64,000 bases of DNA, taken from the NCBI GenBank assembly GCA_047967505.1, contig CM106538.1, one strand, 5' to 3'. The position numbers and the translations under genes were made by a program. The DNA comes from Dipteris shenzhenensis. Taxonomy: Eukaryota. Shown here piece after piece: positions 38,366 to 51,917 of this stretch; positions within the stretch are counted from its first letter, which is position 1; every line of letters begins with the position of its first letter. Below the pieces are notes generated by a model that did not search any database, was not told where the DNA came from, and saw only the letters and a list, made by a program, of their open reading frames with translations.

Positions 38366-38629
38366 CACATTACATATCATATTTTTTGGGATCATCAGTT
38401 GATCAGATTGATTTTTATTGGGTATCACTAGTTGATTACATATTTTTGTATTCGATATGTATAGGCTCACTGTGTGACCGTACCATTGTAATTTTCATGG
38501 ACTCATATTTTGTATTTCACTATGATGGTTGTATACACATTCATACACATCATTGTATTAGATTCTATTTTATACATGATGTCCGTTGTCTTCTCATGAT
38601 GTCCATTGTCAACTGCCCTGTCGGATGGC

Positions 38630-38900
38630 ACATACCTCAATCGAGGTATTTGACACGATCGAAGACATTTATCCACGATACCTCGATCGAGGTATGTGGA
38701 CTTGCCACAATACCTCAATCGAGTATAGCTGGCTTGCCACGATACCTCGAACGAGGTATAGGTGGCATGCCACAAGACCTCGATCGAGGTATAGGCTCGG
38801 TTCGGTGAAAAAAAGTCTAGGACCTCGATCGAGGTATTGGCTTGGCTCGGTTGTCCTCGTGTGTGAGTTTCATTGGAGATAATACCTCGATTGAGGTATT
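38630..38900. repeat. Cluster of palindromic ACCTCGATCGAGGT repeats (right, subterminal)
   Basis: About 7 copies between the transposase stop and the right TIR. Confidence 0.92.
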
Positions 38901-41900
38901 GCACACCAAAGAAAAACCTTTGTATTTTCATTCGAGCGGGTGTCACACTCACCCGAAGGTGGTTTGGAAGTGGACACCCTTAGCTTGCTACCTCTCGACA
39001 CTTGGGGCGATAGTGACCTTTTTCATTACATTCATAGCAAGTGACCCCACTCATATCTCGAGGCCTATCCTCACTCTTTGGTGCTTTCGGTTGTGCATTA
39101 ACAAAATGCAATTTCAAATTAGCAAACTCTGCCATCAATTGGGAGATACTATGATCTAACTCAGAGGACTTTGGTACCTAAGGAGTGCCCATTACCTCCA
39201 CCTTAGAAGTTGAAGCTGTTGAAGACACAAAAGAGGATTCGATCTTTAGAGAAGATTCTTTCTTGGTTGCAATGCGAAGTGCCTCCACGTATGTTGTTGG
39301 ATCTTTACTCATTACTTTTGAGTGAAGATAAGGCTCCAAATGCATAACAAATTTTCTCATCTTTAAGTGCTCCATCCCTACAAGACTTTGAGGGGCCGAT
39401 GATGCAAATGCCATAGCTCGCAAAGCTGCCCTTTCATACTTTGTCCATAGAGTTTCATATCAGATTGCCAACACAGAGACCATCTCACCCTCTCCTTGAT
39501 AGAACTAGTCCAACTATAACATCAAAGCATTTGGCGACTCCAATGCCCCAAATCTCTGCTTCATTGCAGCCTGGTACCACTTGGTTCCAGTCCTCCTTGT
39601 TAGAGTCTGGCAAGGCCTCATGCCAACTCAAGGCTACACCTTCAAGAAATAGGCAAAATCTTCACTCGATCCTTCGTGGACCATCCAGAAAGCCGACATC
39701 CTTGAACAAAATCCCAAAGATAAGATGCCGGGTCTTCCCCTTGGGTCCCTCAAAACACTGGAATATTCACTGTGATGAAACACAAAAAGGAAACACCAAG
39801 ATTCGAATAATATCCCAAACAAAATCCAAACAAGATCCCACAAAGCCTTAGTATACCAAGACCAACTTATTATGCATAACCACTTGTTGAAAACCCTCCA
39901 CAATGTGATCCTCAACAAAATCTTCAAAAATAAGTGACCAACTAGCACCATGAAAACATTGTGTATACGTGCATTCAAGAATCATCCTTGTCACAATTGG
40001 AAGTGCACATAATAGCTTCAAGATATTGTACTCTTCATCATTTTCATAGCAAAAGAAGTTGAAAGCATTGAGAATCACCACTCCACTATTATGGTCAAAA
40101 ACTACACAAAGACTCAACTCTTCTTCACACCAAGCTGCCAGTGCATAAAACAATCCCCATCTATCATTATGCGTGCTGCCGGCATTGTCGATTCACCAAC
40201 ATATTCAAGAGTGCAAACATAAAGGATATGATCATGATGACTGTGCGAATAGCTTGAGCATCACCTTCACAATCTTCTAGTTCTCTTAAATGGGTTGCAA
40301 TCTCTTCTAATCGAGCTCTTCCAGGCATCTTCTTTATCACATCAAAAAGCACATGCCTATACTAGGCATAACATGCAATCCATTACACCCGAGGCCATTT
40401 AGTAAGGTGGGATGAATCCAATACCAAACGTACCCGGTGTCTCCACTAAAAGATGTGACATGAAGTTGGGGGTAATATACTTCATGCACCTCTTCACTTC
40501 CTACTGCTTTCGAACTGAGTGATAGAGATATTTATCACTGGGAAAGGGACATTAAAAATAAGCTTTTATACCAAGAGACCACACCATACTTTTCTCCCTT
40601 AGATGAGAATGAAGATGGTAACATCCCAAGTGATGTTATACTCAAGGATAGGGAGAAGGAAAGGATCAATGGAGGCCATAATCTCAGCAAGCCAGTCTAC
40701 GCCAAAGACAAGAGTGATACGTTGTTGAAAAAAGATATTGTAGCTCAACATGACATGAATTGATATATACCGAGGAGTTTGAAGGGGCTGATTGGGTCGA
40801 ATGGGTAGGTTCCGAGGAAACATTGCACCTCCTTCATAGATACCTTTACAATTAGGTCAAAACACTCTGAAAATATCATAAGACATAGAGACTCATAACT
40901 TTCAGCAAAAAAATGATATTAAATATTCAAGCACATATCAAGATGAGCCTTGAAATGAGCTTCGGCCTTATATAAGTTTCGTAAGAAACAGAGAAGCGGT
41001 CAGAAAGATATGGGCAGTTTACTGGATAGGGGTAAAAATTGTCTGAAAAAAAAACGATCACACACAGAGAGTCATAGATTTTTGGTTTGATATCTAATAC
41101 AATAACTGAAAACATACGATGATGATCCTTGAAGAGAGATTCATGTTGATATAAGTTTTGTCCAAATCAGACCATCGAGCTAAAAGTTATGAGCAAAATA
41201 CTGATAGGGGGTCAAACTGTCATGAAAAACACCTACTCCTTCTATTGGTGCCAACTTGGGAGAATACTACCTCCATGCTTAGACTTCATCAACGATCCAA
41301 GTCCCATAGAGGTCACTTAGGAGGGAAGGAAGATCTTTCTTTGTGGCTTAGGAAATAGATAAACCATGTATGTGCAATGAGTGGCCGAATAGACAACACT
41401 TTTGAGCACTTTGGAAGAGAGAAAAGGGCAGAGAGACTCAAGAGAGGGAATATGAAGTGAGCTTCATTGTCAATAGAGTGAGACTCCACTCCAATGCAAC
41501 TCAAAATACTAGAAACACAAGGGAGAATAAGATGTTGACATCCGTTTCATCATCCTGGGCATATATAATCAGCAGTTACTGGATTTCAAGAGTGAACATT
41601 TTCACCTAAGCATTGCACAAGTTTGGTTTGTTCATGAGCACCAAGCACTTGTGAGTTTACCCATCGGGAGTGAGAAATCTAGAGCGTCAACATGAAGCTG
41701 TCACTGCTACACCAATTTTTTTCTCTAACTGCTTCTATTGGGGCCGACATCTATTGGGATTGCTTGGTGGTAGCCTTATCACCTACAAGCGTCTCTTGCT
41801 TGTGATGTTTAGTGTCCACCTCATTCGTGGCCACCTTGCTAGTCTTTGTCTTCTTAGAATGTTCTAGTGAGGTGCCCTCACTGATGTTCCCCTCCGAGGC

Positions 41901-42599
41901 CTTCTGACCACTATAGTCACTATGCTCCTTAGAGCCATATTCTTTATAATTAGATGGCTGCTTGCTATCATCCTTGGCACCCGATGACTCTACTCCTCCA
42001 ACTTGTGTAGGAAATGTATTAGGCCGATGCACCTCACCTGATGTGAGTATGTGGTGCAACATAATAGATGTGGCTTGAGTTTGTAGTGTGCTTGGCCTTT
42101 TCTGGCCACCTTGAGTTGGGACTCAAAAGTATTCTTGGAGGTAGAGAATGATTCTACCTCTTGGTTATCCCCCACCACTATGATCATCCAAGCCACATAC
42201 TACCATGGCACATACCCTATACTTTTCTTCAACCCGATGAACTCTGAGAAAAAGTTGTAGACTACTCGGAGCCCTTCTTTGAATGCCTTGCTAATCAGGT
42301 ACCCTTGAGAAGAGGAGTTCTTCCTTTGTCAAAATAAGTGTTGTAGTGTTGGTTGGATGCCAGCAGACCTAGAGCAGCTAGAATCTTTATCCAGAAGAGA
42401 GATTGTCACTTACCCTTTGTCACTTACCCTTACCCCCACTGGAGGTTTGTCTTCCATTCCAAGGTTGAGTTCTTCGGTTGGTTTGGCACCAACTACTCAG
42501 TTCTGAGACATGTAATGGTTACTATTGTCTTGGCTGATTTCCATGCCTCCTCAACTGATAGCATTAAGCCCCAACATGAAGTGTGAGCTACAATAAGGG

Positions 42600-44050
42600 A
42601 AGAAGGGAAAAATATGAGAGATTTCATCAATTTCTAAAGGTATCGATCGCCACCCATAGATGATAGATGTCATCATTTATAACTACTACATCAAAAGTGT
42701 ATATGCTGATGGTGGTGCTGCATGCACCATCATGGTGCCCTATATTATGAAAAAGTTGAATCTAAAATGTACAAGGGATTCCTCTACTTGAATCAAGGTA
42801 GGAAATGGGAGACGACTCCCTCCATGGGGGTTATTGAGGATTTGCCCACCACTGTTAATGGGTTCACCACCTCAGTCAATTTATATGTAGTCGACATGGG
42901 TTTCACCAGCAGTTGTCACTCCTAAAGAAGAACAAGTGGCATATTTGCATCGACTACAGGTAGCTCAATCTTGCCACAAAGAGAGATCATCATCCTCTAC
43001 CTTTTTAAGACATCATTTTAGAGAAGGTGAGTGGTCATGATATGCACACTTTCTCTGATGGCTACTCTGAATTCTATCAGATCAAAATTGCCAAGAAGGA
43101 CATGTGCAAGACCACATTTTCTACCCCATGGGGGACTTTTTCTTTCAAGTTAATGCTGTTCGGTCTCACCAATGCTCTTGTCACATTCCAATGGTTCATG
43201 CAGATGGTGTTTGCCCCTTATTTGGGAATTTTATTAGAAGTGTTCCTAGATGACTTTTGCATATTCTCCACATGAAATGAGCATGTCATGAAGGTCCCCA
43301 TGGACTTTCAAAGAAGAATTGATGAAGCAAATGGCAACCTCGGTCCTCAACCCTAAGAAATGCACTATTGGAGCCACCACTCAAGGTAGATTGCTTGAGC
43401 ACATTGTCTCAACAGACAGTGTTAGGCTTCATCTAGAAAAGGTAGATGCAATTCTTAAGCTCCCCCCACCAACTACAAAGCATCAAGTGCGCTAATTTTT
43501 GAAAAGGATATTATCAGTGCTTCATTGATGAGTATGCCGCCTTGACACGGCCTATGACTATTTTGTTGAAAGATGGTGTTGATATATCTTGGAGTGAGGA
43601 TTGTGATCAAGGTTTTGTGCAAATCAAGGGTGCTCTTGCTTTTGAACCAATCCTATGTAATCTTAATTGGTCTAAGACCTTCTATATGAACCCAAAGTTT
43701 GGGGAACACACTTTGGTAGGAATTCTTCTCCAACAAGGGGAAGATCGATTCATGTATCGCATTCAGTTTGCTTCACGGTAGATGCTTGAAACCAAGTAGC
43801 ACTATCCAAAGGCCGACAATCATGCTCTTTCTTTGGTGTTTTGCATTGAAAATTTTAAGCACTATGTGGCACATAGAACCTTTATCATCATTTCAAGAAA
43901 TGGCCTTGCAAAGTAGGTTTTGCAATCACCAAATCCCCTAGGCCAATTGGCTAAGTGGTTGGAAATCCTTCAAGAATGTGACTTTTCTTTCAAGATTGTA
44001 AACAGGGGTTGTTCGCTTTTAGCCGAAATCATGGGATGGTTTCCACATTA
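42600..44050 (+). mobile_element. Highly decayed Ty3/gypsy pol (protease, RT, RNase H)
   Basis: CIDYR*LN, DGYSEFYQI, TPWGTF, FGLTNA, FLDDFCI, GILLQQ...FASR. Confidence 0.85.
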
Positions 44051-44815
44051 GCACTCTCTTTTACCAATGTCATAGGCTGCTTGGAACACACGATTCTTGC
44101 CAGCACTTGCAGTTCTTCTTAGCACTATCAATTTTTGTTAGCACTTGCAATTAGCACTCTCATCTACCACTGTTGTATGCTAGTTAGCACATGCAATTCT
44201 TTCCGGCACCTACAATCCTTATTAGCACTCTCATTTACCACTGCAAGATGCTAGCTAGCACATGGAATGCCTGTTATTGTAGGTTCTTCTTGGCACTACT
44301 TGTTAGCATGTACTATCAAGAAATTCTTGTGCTTGTTAGCACATGCAATTCTAGCACCACCTATAGTTGCTAGCACCTACAATGCTTATTAGCACCCGTA
44401 ATCCTTGTTAGCACTTGTAATACTCTCATCTATAACTACCATATGCTAGTTAGCACCTGCAGTGCTTGTTAGTGCTTATAATTCTTGTCAGCATCACTTG
44501 TGGTTGCTAGCACCTAAAATTCTTATTAGCACCTGCCATCCTTGTTAGCACAAGTGCAATGCTGATTAGCACTCTCATTAACCACTACTAGATGGTAGCT
44601 AGCACATGAAATTCCTATTATTGTAGGTGCTTGTTGGCACATGAAATAACATGCATGTGCTAACAAGAATTACATGTGCTTGTTAGCATGTGCTGGAAAG
44701 AAATGCTTGTGCTTGTTAGCCCTACAATTCTTGCCAGCATCACCCATAGTTGTTAGCACCTGCAATGTTTGTTAGCACTTGCAATGCTTGCTAGCAATTG
44801 CAATGCTTATTAGCA
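44047..44815. repeat. Degenerate TTAGCAC/GCTAGCA-rich repeat
   Basis: Dozens of (T/C)TAGCAC motifs at irregular, roughly 20-bp spacing; related ATGCTAACA repeats at 45160-45335. Confidence 0.75.
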
Positions 44816-45410
44816 TAAGACAAATAATGTTGAGGGTGTAGATTTTTACCTTCTTAAATGCACTACATAAAAAAACCAATCTGATCAAGACTATCTTGAT
44901 GATTAGGGAAATGTCATAGCGAGGGGTTCTTATGTCATTAAGGGTCTATTCTACAAACAAATAAATCACTATTCCTTTAAACTCCTCACGACTCAACCGA
45001 CAGTCCACATATTCTCACACCTTGTGCATTGCATCAAGATACCTATAGAGAGGATCCCAAAATAAAGAAATCTTTTCTCAATCACTCCAAAGACCCATGA
45101 GGTCATATGTAACAATATGAAGTGTTTGGAAACATTCAAAAGGTAATCTATGTCAACATGTATGTTAGTATAAGTACACTAACACAAATATGCTAACATT
45201 AATATAGTAGCATAAGTATGCTAAAAATTGTGCTAACATAAGTATGCTAGCATATATATGCTAACAAGTAAGCTAACATAAGTATGCTAACAAGAAAGCT
45301 AGCATAAGTATGCTAACTTAGGTATGTGAACAAGTATGTTTTCCTACCTTGATCTATTTCCACCTGATGGCATGCTAAGAATATAAATTAAGCTATTTAA
45401 AAATGTAATC

Positions 45411-45526
45411 GATATGGCCCTTGAGGGGTCCTCTTTAGGGGAAAGGGCCATATCGACATGCCACTAGACATATGTGGCATGTCTATATGACCCCTGCCCT
45501 AAAGGGAATCCCTTGAGGGCCATATC
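45411..45526. repeat. Foldback: ~53-bp inverted arms, each internally palindromic
   Basis: GATATGGCCC...GACATGCCAC - TAGACATAT - GTGGCATGTC...GGGCCATATC. Confidence 0.8.
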
Positions 45527-47557
45527 AACATAAAATGGGATCTCTCAATGCAACAAGTGTTGTAACTAATGTGTTATTGCCTTGATTTTATATATTCAAC
45601 TCTCCTCTTTTGGGACAACTTTCTAATATAACTCAACGTGGATGTCACAAGAGAGCACAATTTATATGTTAACTACTAGCATAGTTTGTATGTTTCTTCC
45701 TTGTATTTTGTATATTGCAATATTGTTTCAGCCTACATCCTCTATTTCCTAGATACTTTGTATCATATTGTTAAGCCTATCCAACTTGCAATGTGCTGGT
45801 TTTCCTTTTGAAACCACACGGCATACATAGATGGATTCTTCACATCAGCTCTTTCCTTAGCAAATATCCATCACCTCTTGTGCTACATCTAAATCTCTAG
45901 CACCATACCGAATTGCCCAAGGTGAATTAGCCAAATTTTCATTTTAGTTTTTGAAGTTATCGGATTTGTTTGACATAAGTATTGAAGTGCAAGCTAGTAT
46001 TTTAGATAAATTGTGATGTTAGTTATGAACAAAAGTGAAAGCATCCATTTGGTGTTGCACTTATGCCTAGTTTGAGCACATTCCTCTAGCCTCACCCTTT
46101 CCTTTTTGTCAACCGCTATAACTGTGAAATCTTCCACTTCCCTATTTAGCAAAACTTTGGCATCCTTGTTTACCCTACTTTCCTAGCTTGCATTATGCAA
46201 GAGGATCCACATAACTTTTTTTTGTTTTTGCATTCTTCAAAATCAGCAATATCCTTTCCCATCCCAACAAAGTAGGGTCACATCCTTTGCAATCGCAAAT
46301 TTCAAATCTAAGTCCTCTTGAATTCAAAGATGTGGATTAAATTCACAGTTTTCAACAAAATGATGGTCAACCAATAACTAGTCATTTGTTTGCCCATTTC
46401 CCTATCTAGCATATCACAATTTATGTGTTGAGTAGCAGAGTATATGGCAACTGATGTGGAACAAATGCAAGATAATCAAAAATATAATCCAAGAACAAAT
46501 GCAAGATAATCCATGAACAAATTTGAGATAATCCAAGAACAAATGATAGATAATCCTTGCGAAAATGCAAGTTTTTTTCTTGAAAGATAATACAAACTGG
46601 TACATAGAACAGTCTTATGCTTGTTGAAAAGACTTATGTTTGTAGTTTTTGTACAACACATACACTACAATGAGAAGATGACCTTATATGGCATCCTATT
46701 GTTCCTTTGCATCCTTTTTCTTCTTCTTTGCATCATTTCCTTCTTCTTAACTATGAATTCCAAAATTTTTATAGACTCCTCGCATCGTTGAATAGGTAGT
46801 GCTCGAACTGTGGGCTCTATACGCCTAATGATCCTAGCATGGATGCCAAACAAATAGCCATGGCTATACATCCTCCATCAAATACAACTACATTTCTTCA
46901 TAATCCTGTAGCTCGAACTTGGGAAGTATGCACCATGTACCGGACAGATTTTGGTGAACCTTGTACAAAGAATCATCCAATATAATGGTGTTGTCTACAT
47001 TTCAGTGCATGTGTTGATCCCATATTATTTGTAGGTATTTGAAGAAAATTGTCTTGTCGCCCAATGCAAATCCTACTTGATGATACTATTCTTGAGCCAA
47101 TATATCAATTTCCTCATGGCATACAAGACAAGCACAAATAATTCTATCAACTTTAATTCTTTGGGAAGTGCTCAAAAAAAAATCTTCGAACTAAGTAAAA
47201 CAAAAATGTAAAAATGTGGGAGCATATTTCCTAATATGTAGCCCATCCCTTAGACTCTTGATAATGATCCATGAGGGATGCATATGGGAGGGGTGATTCT
47301 CCATGAGAGGACTCTACGATCTTCACCAAAAGGCCATTCACAATTGCTCTTCGATCTTCATGGAGAGGTTGGGACAATCTTGGTGGGGGTGTAGGCAGGC
47401 ATAATAGCTAAGGGTGATCCATCAATGGGATGGCTAGATGGATGTGTCTAAAGTCTAGCATCCACCAAATGAAGAAGACTAGCCACCACTACCATAGGAA
47501 TCCACTCTCGACACAGAGTAAGTAACAACTTCTCACTTTAATCTCTATGTTGGAGCA

Positions 47558-47558
<1 letters not shown>

Positions 47559-47636
<78 letters not shown>

Positions 47637-47638
47637 CT
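47559..47638. repeat. Compound (CT)n/(CTAT)n microsatellite
   Basis: Directly visible. Confidence 0.97.
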
Positions 47639-48184
47639 ACTCATCGCTCAATTGACTTGGGTCTAGTATAGTGCTACATAAGCCTAAATACAATATCTTG
47701 AGCAACATCTTGGCTACCTACCTACCTAGCTTTGCATCAATCCAATCTCTGGACTCAATCCTTAGCCCATACTTTGTGCATGGACCATAACAAGGTGACC
47801 TATCTAGCTCAAAATAATTCATGAGCTTTGATGGATTCATGGGAGAACCCTCCAATTCTAGAGCATCAATGGTTTGGTAGATGGTCTATATAAACTTAGT
47901 TTAGCTTGCTATGTCTACATGTGTATAAATCTTGAGTCTAGGAGTCACAATGTCCAAGTCCCCTATATATCTTAGCTTACCTCTTCATCTAATCCTTCTA
48001 GTGTTTACAAATATACATATGAATCCTTAGTCTACCTAGATAAGTGCACTAGGGTCCCATGCACAGCATCACAATGGGGTACGCATATCCCAAAGCCCTA
48101 AGTAAAAATAGCAAGTCAAGTCATTATGAATCTTCACACTCTTACTACATCCTAAAATGTACCCCTAGTGATTTACATCAATCA

Positions 48185-49860
48185 TCAAATTTTTGCAAGT
48201 CCCAACTTAGATGTCGTAATTATTTTTGTACTTGTTTCATATATAACTTTTTATCCAAATGGTGGAATTAATTGTATGGCTCATTTATTGACGGGACTTT
48301 TACATATAAACACACACACACAAATTTGATTAGTTAGTGTATGTCACACACAAAGACACTTCTTTCTTTACACATAAACATGCACACACACACGAATACT
48401 TCCCTAACTATGATTATTACTTTATGTAACCCCTTGAAATCTTCCCTTTACACTTTGTTTTTAACCACCCCACATACCAAGCCCACTAATTGTCCCATAC
48501 CTCCTCTAATCCCTTCTTAACCCATGCACTCATTTGCTCCTTACTCCACTTGTGACTTAAACTTCACTTATGGCTAAACATTTTTTTAATTTATTTAAGA
48601 ATCCATATGGTTGTCTATATTCCTAGGTAAAGCGATAACAAGCCGAGGAAAACAAGCATTACCAGTCTACCCAAATGTAACTATGATGTTCTAACACCTA
48701 GTTTGTTTGGATGGTGGTAGGTAAGTGGACCATGACCTCAAAACCTAGACTCTACCTGAAGATTCGACATCTTTTTTCAATATTATGTTTGTCAAACTCA
48801 ATATTATTAAAAATACTTAATTTGATCAAAATTTTTGCAATATCTAGTTGCATTTTTCAACTTAGATGTCTCAAACATTTTTTCCTTATATGTTTTCCTT
48901 TTTTAACTTTTTATCCAATTGATGGAATTAATTGTATGGCTTAATTATTGATGGGACTTTTTTATCTAAACAGACACTTTTATTTCCCAACTAGCCTTTG
49001 GTTGGGCTAGTGCCATACAATTAATTCACATCCATTGGATAATTCTTTAGCATGGATATAATCCCTAGTCATGTTGTTGTGATCCACCTTTATTTTTACT
49101 AACGTTTATATCTATTTTATAGGTGGGGAGTAAGTTTCACATGTGGGCTTACTCCCCACCATGTGATCTTACCCTTTGGGTTGAGGGTGGACCACACACA
49201 CACACACACACAAAGATTACTAAGTGTATCTCACACACATAGACACTTCTTTCTTTACACACAAAGACACACACACACACACATGAATACTTCCCTAACT
49301 ATGAGTTATTCTTTTATGTAACCCCTTGAACTCTTACCTTTACACTCTCTTTTTAACCACCCCACATACCAAGCCCACTAATCATCCCATACCTCCTCTA
49401 ATCCCTTGTTAACCCATGCACGCATTCACTCCTTACTCCACTTGTGACTTAAACTTCACTTGTGACTAAACGTTTTTTAAATTTATCTAAGAATCCATAT
49501 GGTTGTCTATATTCCTAGGTAAAGTGATAACAAGCCAGGGAGAACAGGCATTACCTATCCACCCAGATGTAACTATGATGTTCTAACACCTAGTTTGTTT
49601 GGATGGTGGTAGGTAAGTGGACCCTGACCTTGGAACCTGGACTGCATGAGGATTCAACATTTTTTTTCAATATTATGTTTGTCAAACTCAATATTATTAA
49701 AAATTCTTAATTTGATCAAAATTTTTGCAACCTCTAATTGCATTTTTCAACTTAGATGTCTTAAATGTTTTTTCCTTATATGTTTTCCTTTTTTAAATTT
49801 TTATCCAATTGATGGAATTAAGTGTATGGCTCAATTATTGATGGAACTTTTTAATCTACA
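48185..49860. repeat. Tandem direct duplication of a ~660-bp unit (48310-48965 and 49195-49860) plus a partial copy at 48185-48300
   Basis: Shared GAATACTTCCCTAACTATGA...CAACTTAGATGTC...TGGAATTAA; copies begin at (CA)n tracts. Confidence 0.85.
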
Positions 49861-51917
49861 CACACACACACACGGGACTTTTTAATCCACACACACACAC
49901 ACACACTCACATGGTTACTTCTTCTCACACAAACATACTCACGCACACTAACATTTGTTGCACACACATAGTGCTTACAAAACCTTTTAGAAATTCTTCT
50001 TTTTTAATCTGTTATGGTTATATATGTAGGGAACCGTCTCTCTAATGGAAGATTGACATCTTATGGCTATCAAGTTCATGGATCCCTGATCTTTGGTGGT
50101 GTATGGGAACTTTTGCTTTGATGGAAGAATGACAGCTTGTACATGGATCCTAAAATTTTGGGAGTGATCAGTTTAGTATTTTGTTCTGGTAGCTTCTTCA
50201 ATTTTTAAGCTTACTAGTTTACTTGACTCTTTTTGCATTACCTTGAGCAATGCAGTAATATAATGATTCCTACCCCCTTGCCTGTCATATGTTTTATAAT
50301 AATTAACTACTCCATTCCCTTTATTCTGGTAATTAATTTTCTTGGTTTTTGAAAATAATAATTGACATTTCTTGGTTTAACTCCCTCTTTTAGATTCTTT
50401 CCTAACTAATTTTTTCCTTGTTATACATTCGCTATTTCTTTAGGTAACTTTTAAAACTATTATTTACTGTTCTTCTCTTGGCTTTTGTTTTTAATTTATA
50501 CAATTGTTATATTTAAGACTATTATTATACTATAATGTCGTGATAAATCATTTGGCAATCGGTTACATAGCTTCTTCTTGGCCTTTAACCCTATAAAATC
50601 TTTTAATTGTTTAAACCCTGTATTAGTAAGTTTTCTTGTTGTTTTAAACTTTAATTTTTTAGAGTTAATTATTTTTTTCCCCCCTAAGATCATTACTATT
50701 TAGAGTGAAATAAAGATGCCAAAGCTCTTCTTTTATGAAATTTTACTTATTTCTTGTTGATGTACTTTAAAAAAAAAAAAAAGTCATAATAAACCCATAG
50801 GGCCTTTTTTAATTAATGTTATTTATGTTACTTAAAGCGGTACGGGTTTTTCAAGGATAACCTTTTCTAAACTATGCCCTTACTAAACTAAACCTTTTAA
50901 CTTAACTTATTCTAACCTTAAGACCCTAGGCTAGTCTATACTTCTACTAACCACCACCCCACTAACCCTCACTCTTCCCCCCTTATCTTGTACCTTAAAC
51001 TATTACTAAATATTCCCCTATAACGCCTTCTTGTGTAAAACCATCACTACGTAACCTCCCTTAATAACCTCCCTCTAGGTTATAAATTACCATTTTCTTA
51101 TTGTTTTTGCATCCTCTATGCTCCTCTTTACCCATTCGTACTTATCTCATTACACTATCTTGGTGTCTAGCCTCGCTTTCAATTTGTGTTACTTCCTACT
51201 TCGTTGTCCTGCTCAATGGCAAACCTTAATCCTCAGGGACCTCGCTCTATTCATGCCTTGATCATAGTCCTGTAGATACTGGCTACGCACAACTTCTACG
51301 TGATTATTAGCCTTCTTTTTATGTAAAGCTCCTCCTTCTTGCGATCTATTTCTTGGCGTTCAACAGGTGGCTCGACCTTCATCTTACAAGAGATCATTCT
51401 CTTTTCTTCTCACTGGCTTTCTTAGTGTTATATGCTACCAAATTTGGTCATTTATTCTTGTGGTCATTCACTATTCTCTACGTGGCTGTCTCGATGGCGT
51501 GGACTATTTATCTCCTTCCTTCCACTTTGATTCTACTATTGGTATGCACATAATGACTGCCCTTCTTCCTATAGTTTTCTTTGTTGGTAATAGTCTCCGG
51601 CCCAGTTTCCATTCTTAGTGGTATTGGTTCCAAGACCTTATAAGCATGTTAAATTCACATTCACCCTGATTGTGGTGTCACGATTTTGGATTGTCAGTTA
51701 TCAATTCCCCAATCATGGGGAACTGATGCTTCCTGCAACCAAGGACGTCCCAGTAAGATTGATAGTATTTCTTGGGAGATCCAAGATTCCAAATTGAATG
51801 GAAAAGTAGACTCTTGTGACTTTTGTTGACACGACATTCACTATTCCCAAGGGTTTTGCTTATGAATCATTGGCAAGGCGTATGTTGAAATTAGCCTTTT
51901 ACATTGGTGGGAGACCT

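Larger units (their letters stand above)
33665..38996 (+). mobile_element. Full-length Sola2-like DNA transposon with TIRs and 4-bp TSD (GACA)
   Basis: Perfect 23-bp inverted repeat TAGCAAGCTAAGGGTGTCCACTT at 33671-33693 and 38968-38990; GACA at 33661-33664 and 38997-39000; right terminus reads GAG on the - strand. Confidence 0.9.
32321..41450 (-). mobile_element. Ty3/gypsy element (5' LTR 40454 to ~41450; gag, protease, RT; internally deleted, 3'-truncated), interrupted by a Sola2-like element
   Basis: PBS-like TAGTGGAGACACCGGG after the LTR; gag 39178-39423; zinc knuckle CYECNEKGHYRPKC; protease IDGGASINVM and ILGRPWL; RT PFGLTNAPATFQR and FLDDFCI. Confidence 0.88.

Noticed and set aside
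37727-38470. 247-aa minus-strand ORF
   Set aside because: Antisense shadow of the Sola2 transposase C-terminus.
45540-47100. Possible SWIM/MULE transposase remnant (CDC...CK, CSC)
   Set aside because: The motifs need frameshifts to assemble and no DDE core is recognisable.
51217-51900. Possible LINE ORF1 or membrane-protein fragment
   Set aside because: The hydrophobic translations reflect T-rich composition and there is no diagnostic motif.
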